Shown: piece by piece, positions 16,356 through 25,644 of the stretch | Position numbering within the stretch: position 1 is the stretch's first letter | Layout of the letters: every line of letters starts with the position of its first letter | Assembly (NCBI GenBank): GCA_037446435.1 | Contig: JBBIIO010000006.1 | Span: 1,633 to 65,632 of the forward strand | Source of the DNA: Armatimonadota bacterium | GTDB taxonomy: Bacteria > Armatimonadota > Fimbriimonadia > Fimbriimonadales > ATM1 | Reading direction: 5' to 3' | DNA: 64,000 nt | Program-made: the position numbers and the translations under genes | Notes under the pieces: generated by a model | Seen by the model: the letters and a program-made list of their open reading frames with translations, nothing else | What the model was told of the DNA's origin: nothing | The model's database searches: none

Positions 16356-19313
16356 GTGGATGGCGGAAGGTTGTCCCGGCGCGCTGCGCTGAAAGGCTCT
16401 CTGGCGGGGCTGGCGGGCGGGTTCCTGGCGCCGGCGGTGAAGGCGACCGCAGGACCGTTCTCGGCGCAGGACTACCGGAATCTGGTCTCCGAGGACAAGA
16501 AACTGACGCCCGAGTGGCTGGCTTCCCTCTTCGACCGAGGGGAGGAGCCCTGGGTCGGACGCGAGGGCGTCAGGACAATCGGCATGCCGGTCGGCGGACT
16601 GTTCGCAGGGACGGTGTACCTGGGAGGGGACGGGCGCCTGTGGAATTGGGACATCTTCAATCAGCACCACCTCGGCGCGGTCATCCGCACCCAGCCCGTC
16701 GAGTTCCGGGGCAGACGCCTGAACGAGATCGAGGGCGCGAACTACGTTAGCCCGCCCGCGCCGCAGTCGCCCTTCCAACTCGAGTTCCTTCTTGAAAGCG
16801 ACGGCAAGCGGCGGTTGATGGATTCGCGGGGCTGGGAGAGCGTGCGCTTCCTGGGCCGATACCCCGTCGGAACGGTCGAGTACGCGGACGGAGACCTCGC
16901 GGTGAGGCTTGACGCGTTCTCGCCGTTCGTTCCGCTCAACGTGGAGGACTCGTCGTTCCCCGCCGCCGTCATGCGGTTCACGGTGCGAAACGACGGACGC
17001 GAGCCGAGGCGCGTCCGCCTAATGTGCAACTTCGAGAACCCCGTTTTGCTCTACTCCCGGCGCAACGCGCCGGACGCACTCCTGCACGCCGAGACGATGC
17101 GCGCTGAGGACTTTGCGGGAGTGCTGTGCTCGGCAAGGCACACACCCATCGAAAGCGAGCGACAGGACCTTCCCTTCGACGACTTCGAGTCGGGCGAGTA
17201 CCGGCGTTGGACACCCGAAGGGTCAGCCTTCGGCACGCGCCCCACGCTTACGAGTGAGATGCCCGGCTATCAGGGCGACGTGAACGCTCAAGGGCGCTTC
17301 GTGGTCAACACGCACAACGCCCGCCAGGGTGAAGATGTGCGCCGAGCCGACGAGCACATCGGCACGCTCACGAGCGAGCCGTTTGTGATCGAGCGAGGGT
17401 TCATCAACTTCCGCATCGGCGGCGGGAACCACGCCGGCAAGACGGAGTTGCAGCTGCTGGTCGGCGACAAGGTCGTGCGCTCGGCGACCGGCTCGAACAG
17501 CAACCGCATGACATTCGACTTCTTCGACGTCCGCGACCTTCAGGGGCAGACGGCACACCTTCGCGGCGTTGACAAGGAGTCCGGTGGATGGGGGCACATC
17601 GCGTTCGACGACATTGTTTTCAGCGACACGCCGCGACGGGATGGTTCGCTCGAAGACCTGCCCGACTTCGGCACGTTCGCCGTTTGCTCGCTGGGTGGAG
17701 ACGGGGACGCGGTAGTAACCGACCGGAGGTGCCGCACGTGGGTTGCCCTCGAGGTTCCGCCCGGCGGCGAGGTTGCCGCGCGATTCCTCGTCGCCTGGCA
17801 CTTCCCCAACTGCTCCATCCCCGGACTGGAAGGCCAGAAGAGGTGGTATGGGGCGCGCTGGCGCAACGCAAAGCACGTTGCGGAGGACCTCGCGAGCCGC
17901 CTTCCAGAATTGGAGGCGCTCACGATGCGTTGGGTGAAGACGTGGTATGACGACTCCACGCTCCCCTGGTACCTGCTCGTGCGAACCTTCGCGAGCGTCA
18001 GCACCCTTGCGACGAACACCTGCTATCGCTTTGCCGACGGACGCTTCTGGTTCTGGGAGGGCGTCGGTTGCTGCCACGGGACGTGCACGCACGTGTGGGG
18101 CTATGCGCAGGGCATCGCACGCGTGTTCCCCGAGGTCGAGCGTTATCTCCGCGAGGAGATTGACTTCGGCGTGTCGTTCCACGAAGACACGGGGGCGATT
18201 GACTACCGCGGCGAGTTCGGTAGGCAGGTGGCGCACGATGGTCAGTGCAACTGTGTGCTTCGCGCCTATCGAGAGCACACGATGCAGCGGGACGACCGGT
18301 TCCTGCGCCGACGCTGGCCACGCATCAAGCGCGCGCTGCAGCACCTCATCAACGAGGACCGCGACCGCGACGGCTTGCTCGAGGGGAGGCAGTACAACAC
18401 GCTCGACGCCGACTGGTACGGGCCGATGGCGTGGATATCGTCGCTCTACCTCGCCGCGCTGCGCGCCGGAGAAGCGATGGCGCAGGAGATGGGAGACGAG
18501 GAGTTCGCGTCAGAGTGTGCGTCGCTCATCGAGGCAGGCTCGAAGCGGATGGTTGAGGCGCTGTTCAACGGCGAGTACTTCGTTCACAAGCCCGACCCAC
18601 AGCATCCGGAAGCCAACGCAACCGGCGACGGCTGCCACGCCGATCAACTGTTCGGGCAGTCGTATCTTCACCAATTGGGTTTGCCGCGGGTTGTGCCCGA
18701 GCGGGAGACGCTCCTTGCGCTGCGGTCCCTGTACCGCTACAACTTCACGCCCGACGTTGGTCCCTATCGCGACGGTATGCGCCTGGTAGAGGGCGGACGC
18801 TGGTACGCGATGCCCGGCGAGGGCGGGCTCATCATCTGCACGTTCCCGAAGGGGGGAGCGGAGCGGGCGACGGGAACAGGCCCGAGCGCTTGGGCGGCGC
18901 AATACTTCAATGAGGTCTGGACAGGCTTCGAGTATCAGGTGGCGTCGCACATGATCGCCGAGGGGCTGCTTGCGGAAGGGCTGGCGCTGGTGAAGATGGC
19001 ACACGAGCGCTACGCGCCTGAGCGACGCAATCCATACAACGAAATCGAGTGCAGCGACCACTACGGGCGCGCGTTGGCGGCCTTCGGAGTGTATACGTCG
19101 CTCATCGGTCTTCAGCACCACGGCCCAAGTGGGCGTCTCGACTTCAAGCCGGCGCTGAGCGGCAGCCGGCGCTTCGCCTTCATCGCTGCCGACGGCTGGG
19201 GAACCGTGGAGATGCGGGATGGGCAGCCACGCGTCAGATACGCGTATCGGGTGGGTGCGTCCCCGCAGGAACCTGCGGTCGGGCACGAAACCACCGAGAA
19301 TCGCGTAGAATGA
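16356..19313 (+). CDS. Tat-exported glycoside hydrolase family 116 (GBA2-type beta-glucosidase/glucosylceramidase-like) with an inserted beta-sandwich module
   Basis: Twin-arginine signal LSRRAALKGSLAGLAG. GH116 N-domain motif GMPVGGLFAGTVYLGGDGRLWNWDIFN. Catalytic-domain motifs HADQLFGQSYLHQLGL and EVWTGFEYQVASHMIAEG. About 150 extra residues lie at roughly 17170-17630. Confidence 0.8.
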   Translation: MDGGRLSRRAALKGSLAGLAGGFLAPAVKATAGPFSAQDYRNLVSEDKKLTPEWLASLFDRGEEPWVGREGVRTIGMPVGGLFAGTVYLGGDGRLWNWDIFNQHHLGAVIRTQPVEFRGRRLNEIEGANYVSPPAPQSPFQLEFLLESDGKRRLMDSRGWESVRFLGRYPVGTVEYADGDLAVRLDAFSPFVPLNVEDSSFPAAVMRFTVRNDGREPRRVRLMCNFENPVLLYSRRNAPDALLHAETMRAEDFAGVLCSARHTPIESERQDLPFDDFESGEYRRWTPEGSAFGTRPTLTSEMPGYQGDVNAQGRFVVNTHNARQGEDVRRADEHIGTLTSEPFVIERGFINFRIGGGNHAGKTELQLLVGDKVVRSATGSNSNRMTFDFFDVRDLQGQTAHLRGVDKESGGWGHIAFDDIVFSDTPRRDGSLEDLPDFGTFAVCSLGGDGDAVVTDRRCRTWVALEVPPGGEVAARFLVAWHFPNCSIPGLEGQKRWYGARWRNAKHVAEDLASRLPELEALTMRWVKTWYDDSTLPWYLLVRTFASVSTLATNTCYRFADGRFWFWEGVGCCHGTCTHVWGYAQGIARVFPEVERYLREEIDFGVSFHEDTGAIDYRGEFGRQVAHDGQCNCVLRAYREHTMQRDDRFLRRRWPRIKRALQHLINEDRDRDGLLEGRQYNTLDADWYGPMAWISSLYLAALRAGEAMAQEMGDEEFASECASLIEAGSKRMVEALFNGEYFVHKPDPQHPEANATGDGCHADQLFGQSYLHQLGLPRVVPERETLLALRSLYRYNFTPDVGPYRDGMRLVEGGRWYAMPGEGGLIICTFPKGGAERATGTGPSAWAAQYFNEVWTGFEYQVASHMIAEGLLAEGLALVKMAHERYAPERRNPYNEIECSDHYGRALAAFGVYTSLIGLQHHGPSGRLDFKPALSGSRRFAFIAADGWGTVEMRDGQPRVRYAYRVGASPQEPAVGHETTENRVE

Positions 19314-19339
19314 GCAATCCTCAACACGGAGAAGAAACC

Positions 19340-20413
19340 ATGAAACGAACAATTCTGCTCGCGGCGGCGGTGGCCGTCGGTGCGAGCGCGCAAGCACAAT
19401 CCCTCAAAATCGGCGACCCCGCCCCCAAACTCGACATCGCCAAGTGGGTGAAGGGCAGCCCGGTCAAGGAGTTCGCCACCGATAAGGTTTACGTCATCGA
19501 GTTCTGGGCGACCTGGTGCGGCCCGTGCCGCCAAACCATCCCGCACCTGACTGACCTGGCGAAGCAATACAAGGAGAAGGTAACGATCATCGGCGTCAAC
19601 TCGTTCGAAGTGCCGCCGGGCACGACCGGAACGGAGCACTTCGCGATGGTCGAAGCGTTCGTCAAGGAGATGGGCGCCCAAATGGAATACAACGTCGCGC
19701 TGGACGGCCCGGAGGGCAAGATGGCGAAGACATGGATGGAGGCAGCCGCCCAGAACGGCATCCCGACGGCGTTCGTCGTAGGTGGCCAGAAGCAGATTCT
19801 CTGGATCGGGCACCCCATGGAGCTGAAGTCCGTGCTCGATGATGTCATTGCGGGCAAATGGGATGTGAAGGCAGCCCGCGCCAAGGCGGAAGAGGACGCC
19901 AGGCTCGCCGCCGAACTTGACGAAATGATGGGCAAACTGATGAGCGCCCTCGAAGTGGGCGACAGCAAGACTGCCCTCAAGGAGATTGACACCGTCATCG
20001 CAAAGCGGCCTGAACTGAAGCCCCTACTCATCGGGCTGAAGGTGGACATCCTGTTCGAAACAGATCCGAAAGCGGCTGTGGTCCTTGCGAAGGAGCTGGC
20101 CAACGGCGAGTTCAAGGACGACCCGATGTTCCTGAACAACATTGCCTGGCGGATGGTGGAAGAGGACGAGCCGAAGCTGCCGATGGACTACTCGGCGGCG
20201 CTCGAGTTCGCCAAGAAGGCTGTGGAGCTAACTAAGGGCGAAGACGCAACGGTGCTCGACACCTTGGCTCTAGCGCAGTTCCGCAACGGCATGAAGGCTG
20301 AGGCGATTGCAACTCAGAAGAAGGCGATCGCGCTGCTGGAGAAAGACGCCGAGGCGGACCCGGACCTCCTGGAAGAACTGAGGGGCAGGCTGAAGAAGTT
20401 CGAAGGGGGCTAA
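19340..20413 (+). CDS. TlpA/ResA-like thiol:disulfide oxidoreductase fused to a C-terminal helical (TPR-like) domain
   Basis: GGAGAAG SD, signal peptide MKRTILLAAAVAVGASAQA and redox motif WCGPC. Confidence 0.8.
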   Translation: MKRTILLAAAVAVGASAQAQSLKIGDPAPKLDIAKWVKGSPVKEFATDKVYVIEFWATWCGPCRQTIPHLTDLAKQYKEKVTIIGVNSFEVPPGTTGTEHFAMVEAFVKEMGAQMEYNVALDGPEGKMAKTWMEAAAQNGIPTAFVVGGQKQILWIGHPMELKSVLDDVIAGKWDVKAARAKAEEDARLAAELDEMMGKLMSALEVGDSKTALKEIDTVIAKRPELKPLLIGLKVDILFETDPKAAVVLAKELANGEFKDDPMFLNNIAWRMVEEDEPKLPMDYSAALEFAKKAVELTKGEDATVLDTLALAQFRNGMKAEAIATQKKAIALLEKDAEADPDLLEELRGRLKKFEGG

Positions 20414-20436
20414 GCCCCGCGGCTTCTGTCTGGCAC

Positions 20437-20469
20437 GAGGGTTCGGGGCGGCATCCGCCCCGAACCCTC
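20437..20469. terminator. bidirectional hairpin terminator between convergent genes (15-bp perfect stem)
   Basis: gagggttcggggcgg-cat-ccgccccgaaccctc, read directly from the sequence. Confidence 0.6.
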
Positions 20470-20494
20470 TGTGCTTCGTTGGTCGGTTCGCCTC

Positions 20495-21826
20495 TTAGTT
20501 CTCGTGCGCGGTCCGGCTGTCCGTTGGCGTCGCCTCATCCCCCTCGACCGGCGGTGGCGGGGTGGTGCGGGACTCAGCCCGGACTGATCGCCTCGGCGGC
20601 TCCCAGGAGCGCAGCTTCTCCACCACGTCAACGCCGAAGATCTGCTTGATCTGCTCCGTCAGCGAGAGCGCGTTCATCGGCGCGCTGCCCCCGCTCGAGG
20701 CTGTGTCAATCATCGTGATCTGCTCAATCTTACTGGAGGCAATGGCGTCGGTAAGGATTTCGACGATGCGATCCAGTTTCTGCACAAGGAACACCTCGCG
20801 CGCGTTCGGGCCTGCAGCATGCCACGCCTTCGCGAGGATGCGAAGCGCGTCTGCGCGCGCGGCGCCGTCCTGGATGATCGGCGCAGCATCCGCCTTGGCC
20901 TGCGCCTCAGCCGCCTCGCAAGCAGCCTTCGCTGGTGCGACGACATCCGCTTCGAGTCGCCGCCGGACTTGCTCGACTCTCGCCGTCTGCACGTCCACCT
21001 CTGCCGTTGCATGAGCGACCGCCGCAGCGACGGCGGCGTTCTCTTCTGCAACGACCGCATCGCGCCTGGTGATTGCGTCCGCCAAGCGCTTCTCCGCCTC
21101 GGCGCGGGCGACGTCAATGGACGCCTTCACCTGCGCCTCGACCTCCTTCAGGCGGTTCTCGGCTGCTGCCACTGCCGCATCCGCTTGGGCGATCGCCTCG
21201 GCGATACGCGCCTCGCGGACGATTTCGGCGCTCTTGATGCGCCCGATCGAATCGAGGTACTTCACGTCGTCCGTAACCTGCTGGATCTTGAGGGTGTCAA
21301 CCACCAACCCGAGCGCGGTCATGTCGTGTTCGACCTCTTGCACCAGTTTTTCGGCGAAGAGAATCCGGTCTTCGTTGACCTCTTCCGGCGTGAGCGTCGC
21401 CAGGACCCCGCGGAGGCTGCCCTCCAGCGTAGCCTTGGCAATCTGCATGATCTCGACGCGCGACTTGCCGAGGAACCGCTCGATGGCGTTGTTGAGCACC
21501 GGCTCGTGCCCGGCGACCTTAACGTTCGCAACGCCTGCGACGCTCAGCGGCACGCCGCCCTTCGAGTAGGCGTTGTGCGCCGACACGTCAATGACCATGT
21601 TGGTGAGGTCGAGGCGGTCAACGCGCTCCACGATTGGGCGCCTGAAGCCCATGCCGCCCTTTACGATACGATAGCCGAAGCTCCTGTTCCCAATGCGCCG
21701 TCGGCGTCCACTGAAGATGAGCACTTCGTTCGGCTCGCAGATGTAGACGAGCGTTCGCAAGTTGAACAGCAACAGCAGCCCAACGAAGATGAGCGTGCCG
21801 AGTATGATTCCGAGGGCGATCATCAT
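20495..21826 (-). CDS. flotillin-family SPFH/band-7 protein (YqiK/FloT-like), copy 2
   Basis: 443 aa. N-terminal TM helix, SPFH domain (PNEVLIFSGRRRR...SKGGVPLSV) and a long Ala/Glu-rich coiled coil. ATGA overlap with the upstream paralog. Confidence 0.85.
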   Translation of the reverse strand: MMIALGIILGTLIFVGLLLLFNLRTLVYICEPNEVLIFSGRRRRIGNRSFGYRIVKGGMGFRRPIVERVDRLDLTNMVIDVSAHNAYSKGGVPLSVAGVANVKVAGHEPVLNNAIERFLGKSRVEIMQIAKATLEGSLRGVLATLTPEEVNEDRILFAEKLVQEVEHDMTALGLVVDTLKIQQVTDDVKYLDSIGRIKSAEIVREARIAEAIAQADAAVAAAENRLKEVEAQVKASIDVARAEAEKRLADAITRRDAVVAEENAAVAAAVAHATAEVDVQTARVEQVRRRLEADVVAPAKAACEAAEAQAKADAAPIIQDGAARADALRILAKAWHAAGPNAREVFLVQKLDRIVEILTDAIASSKIEQITMIDTASSGGSAPMNALSLTEQIKQIFGVDVVEKLRSWEPPRRSVRAESRTTPPPPVEGDEATPTDSRTAHEN

Positions 21827-23172
21827 CGCGACAGCTCCTCCTTCTCGGGGGTGTGGTTCGTGCCGGATATCTCGCCGGCGATGTCGATGCCGGTTGTGCG
21901 CTTCACCGCGTCGAAGACGGTTTCCATCATCGCGGGATAGGCAGCGACATAGGCGCTGAGCGTCTTTCCTTCACCGCTGTCAATCACGTTGAGGTTTTCG
22001 ACCTGCACGCGCGCGATGCCGTCGGCGGCTCGCTTGAGCAGTTTGTCTATGTCCTCGATCAGGTACACGCTGAGAGCGTTGCTACCCGCCTCGCGCCACG
22101 CTTCATGGAGGCGAGTGAAGGCTTCCGCCATCGCCGAGCCCTGCTCGCGGATCGATGCCGCCTCGCCACGCGCAACAAACTCCTGCGCGACCTTGTTCGC
22201 TTCGGCGGGAAGCACGGCGTCTGCTTGCAGGCGAATCGTTTCCAACTCCGCCCGGATGCGCTGCAGTTCCTGCTCGGCGGTCGCGCGCGCTTCGCGGGCG
22301 GCGGCGGTGGTGCGCTCCTCTTCGGACTGAACCCTCGCCTCGAGGTCCGCCTGGATGCGCCGAAGGTCGTTCTGCAGTCGGGCGATGGCAGCCTCGGCGT
22401 TGGCACGCGTTACGTTGGCGCGGCCCATGTTCTCGGCTTCGGTTTGCTCCGCGGCGCGCTTGGCGTCGCTCTCGGCGATCTCGGCATCGCGGATGACTTT
22501 CGCAATCGCCTTCCGGCCGATGGAGTCGAGGTAGTCCACGTCGTCCGACACGTGCTGAATCTTCAGCGTGTCGAGTTGGATGCCGAGTTTCACCAGGTCC
22601 TCCTCCGATTCATGGGAGAGTTCGCCGGCGAACTTGAGGCGGTCCTCGTTCACCTCCTCCGGCGTAAGCGTAGCAAGCACGCCGCGCAGGTGCCCTTCGA
22701 GAGTCTCTTTCGCCACGCGGCGTATCTCCTCCGGGTCCCTCCCCAGGAAGCGCTCGATCGCGTTGCCGATGAGGATCGGGTCGCTTGAGATCTTCACGTT
22801 GGCGATCGCGTCCACGTTCAACGGGATGCCGCCCTTTGAGTACGCGCCGCGAATCGAGATCGGCACCTCCATCGTGTTCAGGCTCATGCGCGACACGCTC
22901 TCTATGAGCGGCCTTTTGAGTCGCCCGCCGCCGAAGACGGTTGTGTATCCTCGGATCGAGCCGTCCTCCATGCGCCTGCGCCGACCGGAGAAGATGAGCA
23001 CCTCGTTCGGCGGGCAGATGTGAAGCAGGTGCTTGATCACGAGAGTTACGCCGACCAAGAACCCAAAGGCGAGGATTGACCAAAGCAGCACCGTACCGCC
23101 TTGCTGGAACAGCTCCTGCAGCCGGTCAGACTGCAACTGGGCGATCGACTTCCATGAAAATGAGTTCATCAA
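21823..23172 (-). CDS. flotillin-family SPFH/band-7 protein (YqiK/FloT-like), copy 1
   Basis: 449 aa with the same architecture as copy 2. AAGGGAG SD. Confidence 0.85.
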   Translation of the reverse strand: MMNSFSWKSIAQLQSDRLQELFQQGGTVLLWSILAFGFLVGVTLVIKHLLHICPPNEVLIFSGRRRRMEDGSIRGYTTVFGGGRLKRPLIESVSRMSLNTMEVPISIRGAYSKGGIPLNVDAIANVKISSDPILIGNAIERFLGRDPEEIRRVAKETLEGHLRGVLATLTPEEVNEDRLKFAGELSHESEEDLVKLGIQLDTLKIQHVSDDVDYLDSIGRKAIAKVIRDAEIAESDAKRAAEQTEAENMGRANVTRANAEAAIARLQNDLRRIQADLEARVQSEEERTTAAAREARATAEQELQRIRAELETIRLQADAVLPAEANKVAQEFVARGEAASIREQGSAMAEAFTRLHEAWREAGSNALSVYLIEDIDKLLKRAADGIARVQVENLNVIDSGEGKTLSAYVAAYPAMMETVFDAVKRTTGIDIAGEISGTNHTPEKEELSR

Positions 23173-23182
23173 CTGTGCTCCC

Positions 23183-23764
23183 TTACCACACTTGGCTCTT
23201 CGGTTCCACTCGCGCGTGGCTTCCCTCGATGCTGACGACCATCACGTCGCTGCCCGCCGGAATCGTGTGCTCACCATCGAACACGGCGAGGATATCAATC
23301 GTTTCACCCCTTACGCGGCATCGCACCTTTCCCTCCTCGCCGGGATGGATGGTAACAACCACGCGGCCATCCACGCCGACGAGGTCCTCGACGCCCACAC
23401 TGCTGCCACCCTCCGACCGTTGCAGGAAGCGCACCGCGAGCGCGACGAACAGCCCGCCGAGAAGCCCCGTCGTGAACGACGTCCCCGCGATGAAGGTCGA
23501 GGAGAGCTCGGTGAACAGCGTGAGAAGCAGGCCCAGAAGTCCGGTTATCGTGGCGAAGTACGTCCAGAACCGAAGGCTCAAGAACGCAATCCACACATCC
23601 GAGGCGGGCACGTCTCCGTGATGCGCAACCTCGATGTGGGCGTCGTGGTCGGCGCCCAAGTCGAGGTCACCGCTGTGGTCAACGTGGTGCTCGTGCCCGC
23701 CGAAGGCGGAGAGCAGAACCAGCCCACCGCCGACCAGCGCCATCACAGCATACAAGAGCAACAT
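23183..23764 (-). CDS. NfeD/YqiJ-like membrane protein with a C-terminal OB-fold
   Basis: ATG 23764 has a GGGGAGG SD; the ORF-track TTG at 23803 is less likely. His-rich loop GGHEHHVDHSGDLDLGADHDAHIEVAHHGD, TM helices and a C-terminal NfeD-like beta domain. Sits directly upstream of the flotillins, as in yqiJK. Confidence 0.7.
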   Translation of the reverse strand: MLLLYAVMALVGGGLVLLSAFGGHEHHVDHSGDLDLGADHDAHIEVAHHGDVPASDVWIAFLSLRFWTYFATITGLLGLLLTLFTELSSTFIAGTSFTTGLLGGLFVALAVRFLQRSEGGSSVGVEDLVGVDGRVVVTIHPGEEGKVRCRVRGETIDILAVFDGEHTIPAGSDVMVVSIEGSHARVEPKSQVW

Positions 23765-23815
23765 CTTTGGGAGCCTCCCCACGCGAGTGGTTCGATTCAC
23801 CAAGAAGAGTACCTG

Positions 23816-23843
23816 TTGCCGGCGCCGTCGGTTGCGGTATCGT
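23816..23843 (+). promoter_or_regulatory. putative promoter of folB (leaderless)
   Basis: TTGCCG (23816-21), 16-nt spacer, TATCGT (23838-43), then 7 nt to ATG 23851. Confidence 0.4.
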
Positions 23844-23850
23844 GCGCAGA

Positions 23851-24234
23851 ATGACGCAACCCGAAGAGACCAAGTGCGTGTTCGTCGAGGGGGTGGAGGT
23901 TTTCGCCCACCACGGCTTTACCGCTGAGGAGCAGCAGCTCGGGCACCGGTTTCGCTTCGACCTCGAGGTGGAGGTTGTGGCCGGGCGCTCTTGGGGAGGC
24001 GACTCCCTCACCGACACGGTGGACTACGGCGACCTGGTCGCCATCGTGCAGGAGGTAACCGCCGGGGAGCGTGTGCGGCTGGTGGAGACTTTGGCGGCGC
24101 GAGTCCTCCACCTCATTGAGGAGCGCCTGCCGAGCGCGACGCGGGCACGGGTTCGGGTCGCGAAGTTGCAGCCGCCGGTTCCAGGCGTCGTCGCTGCCGC
24201 CGGCGCGGTTCTCGAGCGGCGATGGGAGCGGTGA
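23851..24234 (+). CDS. folB: dihydroneopterin aldolase
   Basis: 127 aa. FolB-like VFVEGVEVFAHHGFTAEEQQLGHRFRFDLEV and VDYGDLV. Confidence 0.8.
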   Translation: MTQPEETKCVFVEGVEVFAHHGFTAEEQQLGHRFRFDLEVEVVAGRSWGGDSLTDTVDYGDLVAIVQEVTAGERVRLVETLAARVLHLIEERLPSATRARVRVAKLQPPVPGVVAAAGAVLERRWER

Positions 24235-24254
24235 TGGAAGCGACCCCTCCCCAG

Positions 24255-24276
24255 CCCTCCCCGCAAGCGGGGAGGG
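24255..24276. terminator. hairpin between convergent folB and the E2 gene (9-bp stem, 4-nt loop)
   Basis: ccctccccg-caag-cggggaggg, read directly from the sequence. Confidence 0.5.
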
Positions 24277-24279
24277 GGG

Positions 24280-25638
24280 TTAGCGGAAGAAGTCGAATCG
24301 CTCGAGGCGCTCGCGCAACGCCTTGAGGAACATACCCGCGAGCATCCCGTCAACCAGCCGGTGGTCGTAGGACAAGACCAGATACATCATCGGGCGGACA
24401 GCAATCATGCCGTTTTCCGCCACGGGGGTTTGCTTGATGGCGTAGGTTCCAAGGATTCCCGCCTGACCCGGCGGGATCATGGGTGTGCCGAATAGCGCGC
24501 CATAGGAGCCTGCGTTGGTGAGCGAGAACGTCCCGCCCTGCATGTCGGAGAGTTCGAGCGAGCCCGAGCGCGCCTTCTCCGCGATCGTCTCGAGGTCTCG
24601 CGCAATCTCGACAAGCGTCTTCTTGTGGCAATCTCGAATGACCGGCACGACAAGCCCCTCGCTGCCGTCGCCCAGCGCGACCGCAACGCCCATGTTCACG
24701 CCGTGGTTCACCGTTACGCTGTAGTCCTCGTGGAAGGAGCTGTTGAGCATCGGGTACTCGAGCAGCGCTTCGGTTGCCGCCTTGATGAAGAACGGCGTGT
24801 ACGTCAGGCGCACGCCGTACATCTCCTGGAACGATTCCTTGTTCGCGTTTCGGAACTCGACGAGCCGCGACACGTTGACCTCGGCGATCGTCGAGACGGA
24901 AGGGATCGCGTGTGCGCGAGTCATCGCTTCCGCAATGGCACGGCGAAGCCCGGTGAGCTTGATGACCTCCTGCCCTTCGGCTGCCGCGACGGGCGCGGGT
25001 TTCGGTTTCGGCGCTGCCGCGGGGGTGGGCGTGGGCTTTTCGGGCGCAGGTTCCGCGACCGTCGCTGCTCTCTCGGGCTCGCGCTTTGCGGTGGCTGCCG
25101 CACCAGTTCGCGTTTCGATGTACGCCTCGAGGTCCTTCTTCGTAACTCTGCCCCCCTCGCCGGAACCTCGGATGTCGGAGACCTCGCGCTCAGAGAGGTC
25201 GTGCTCCTTCATCATCGCGCGCACGACGGGGGAGAACCAGCGCTTCTCACCTTCGCCGCCCTCTTCGGCTCGCGGAGCGGCTTGGACTCCCGCGTCGCCG
25301 TCTTCCTCGGCTCGCGAGGCGACTTGCCCCCCAGCATCGGGTTGGGCTTCGGGGAGCGGCGCGGGTTTGCCGCTGCCGTTGCCTTCTTCGACGACTTCGC
25401 CTTCCTCGCCGATGAGGCCAAGCGGTTTGAACACCTCGACGTTCTCGCCTTCGGGCACGAGAATCTTGAGCAGGACGCCGGCTGCGGGCGCACCGAGTTC
25501 GGTGTTCACCTTGTCGGTCATGATTTCGACGACCGGCTCGTCCTCTTCGACGCGGTCGCCTACCTGCTTAAGCCAGCGGCTGACCGTCCCTTCGTGGACG
25601 CTCTCGCCGAGTTCGGGCATGAGAATCGGTTCAGCCAT
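24280..25638 (-). CDS. dihydrolipoamide acyltransferase, E2 component of a 2-oxoacid dehydrogenase complex
   Basis: 452 aa. Lipoyl domain (VVEIMTDKVNTEL), Ala/Pro/Glu linkers, an E3-binding domain and a catalytic domain ending in SYDHRLVDG. Confidence 0.9.
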   Translation of the reverse strand: MAEPILMPELGESVHEGTVSRWLKQVGDRVEEDEPVVEIMTDKVNTELGAPAAGVLLKILVPEGENVEVFKPLGLIGEEGEVVEEGNGSGKPAPLPEAQPDAGGQVASRAEEDGDAGVQAAPRAEEGGEGEKRWFSPVVRAMMKEHDLSEREVSDIRGSGEGGRVTKKDLEAYIETRTGAAATAKREPERAATVAEPAPEKPTPTPAAAPKPKPAPVAAAEGQEVIKLTGLRRAIAEAMTRAHAIPSVSTIAEVNVSRLVEFRNANKESFQEMYGVRLTYTPFFIKAATEALLEYPMLNSSFHEDYSVTVNHGVNMGVAVALGDGSEGLVVPVIRDCHKKTLVEIARDLETIAEKARSGSLELSDMQGGTFSLTNAGSYGALFGTPMIPPGQAGILGTYAIKQTPVAENGMIAVRPMMYLVLSYDHRLVDGMLAGMFLKALRERLERFDFFR

Positions 25639-25644
25639 AAACCT

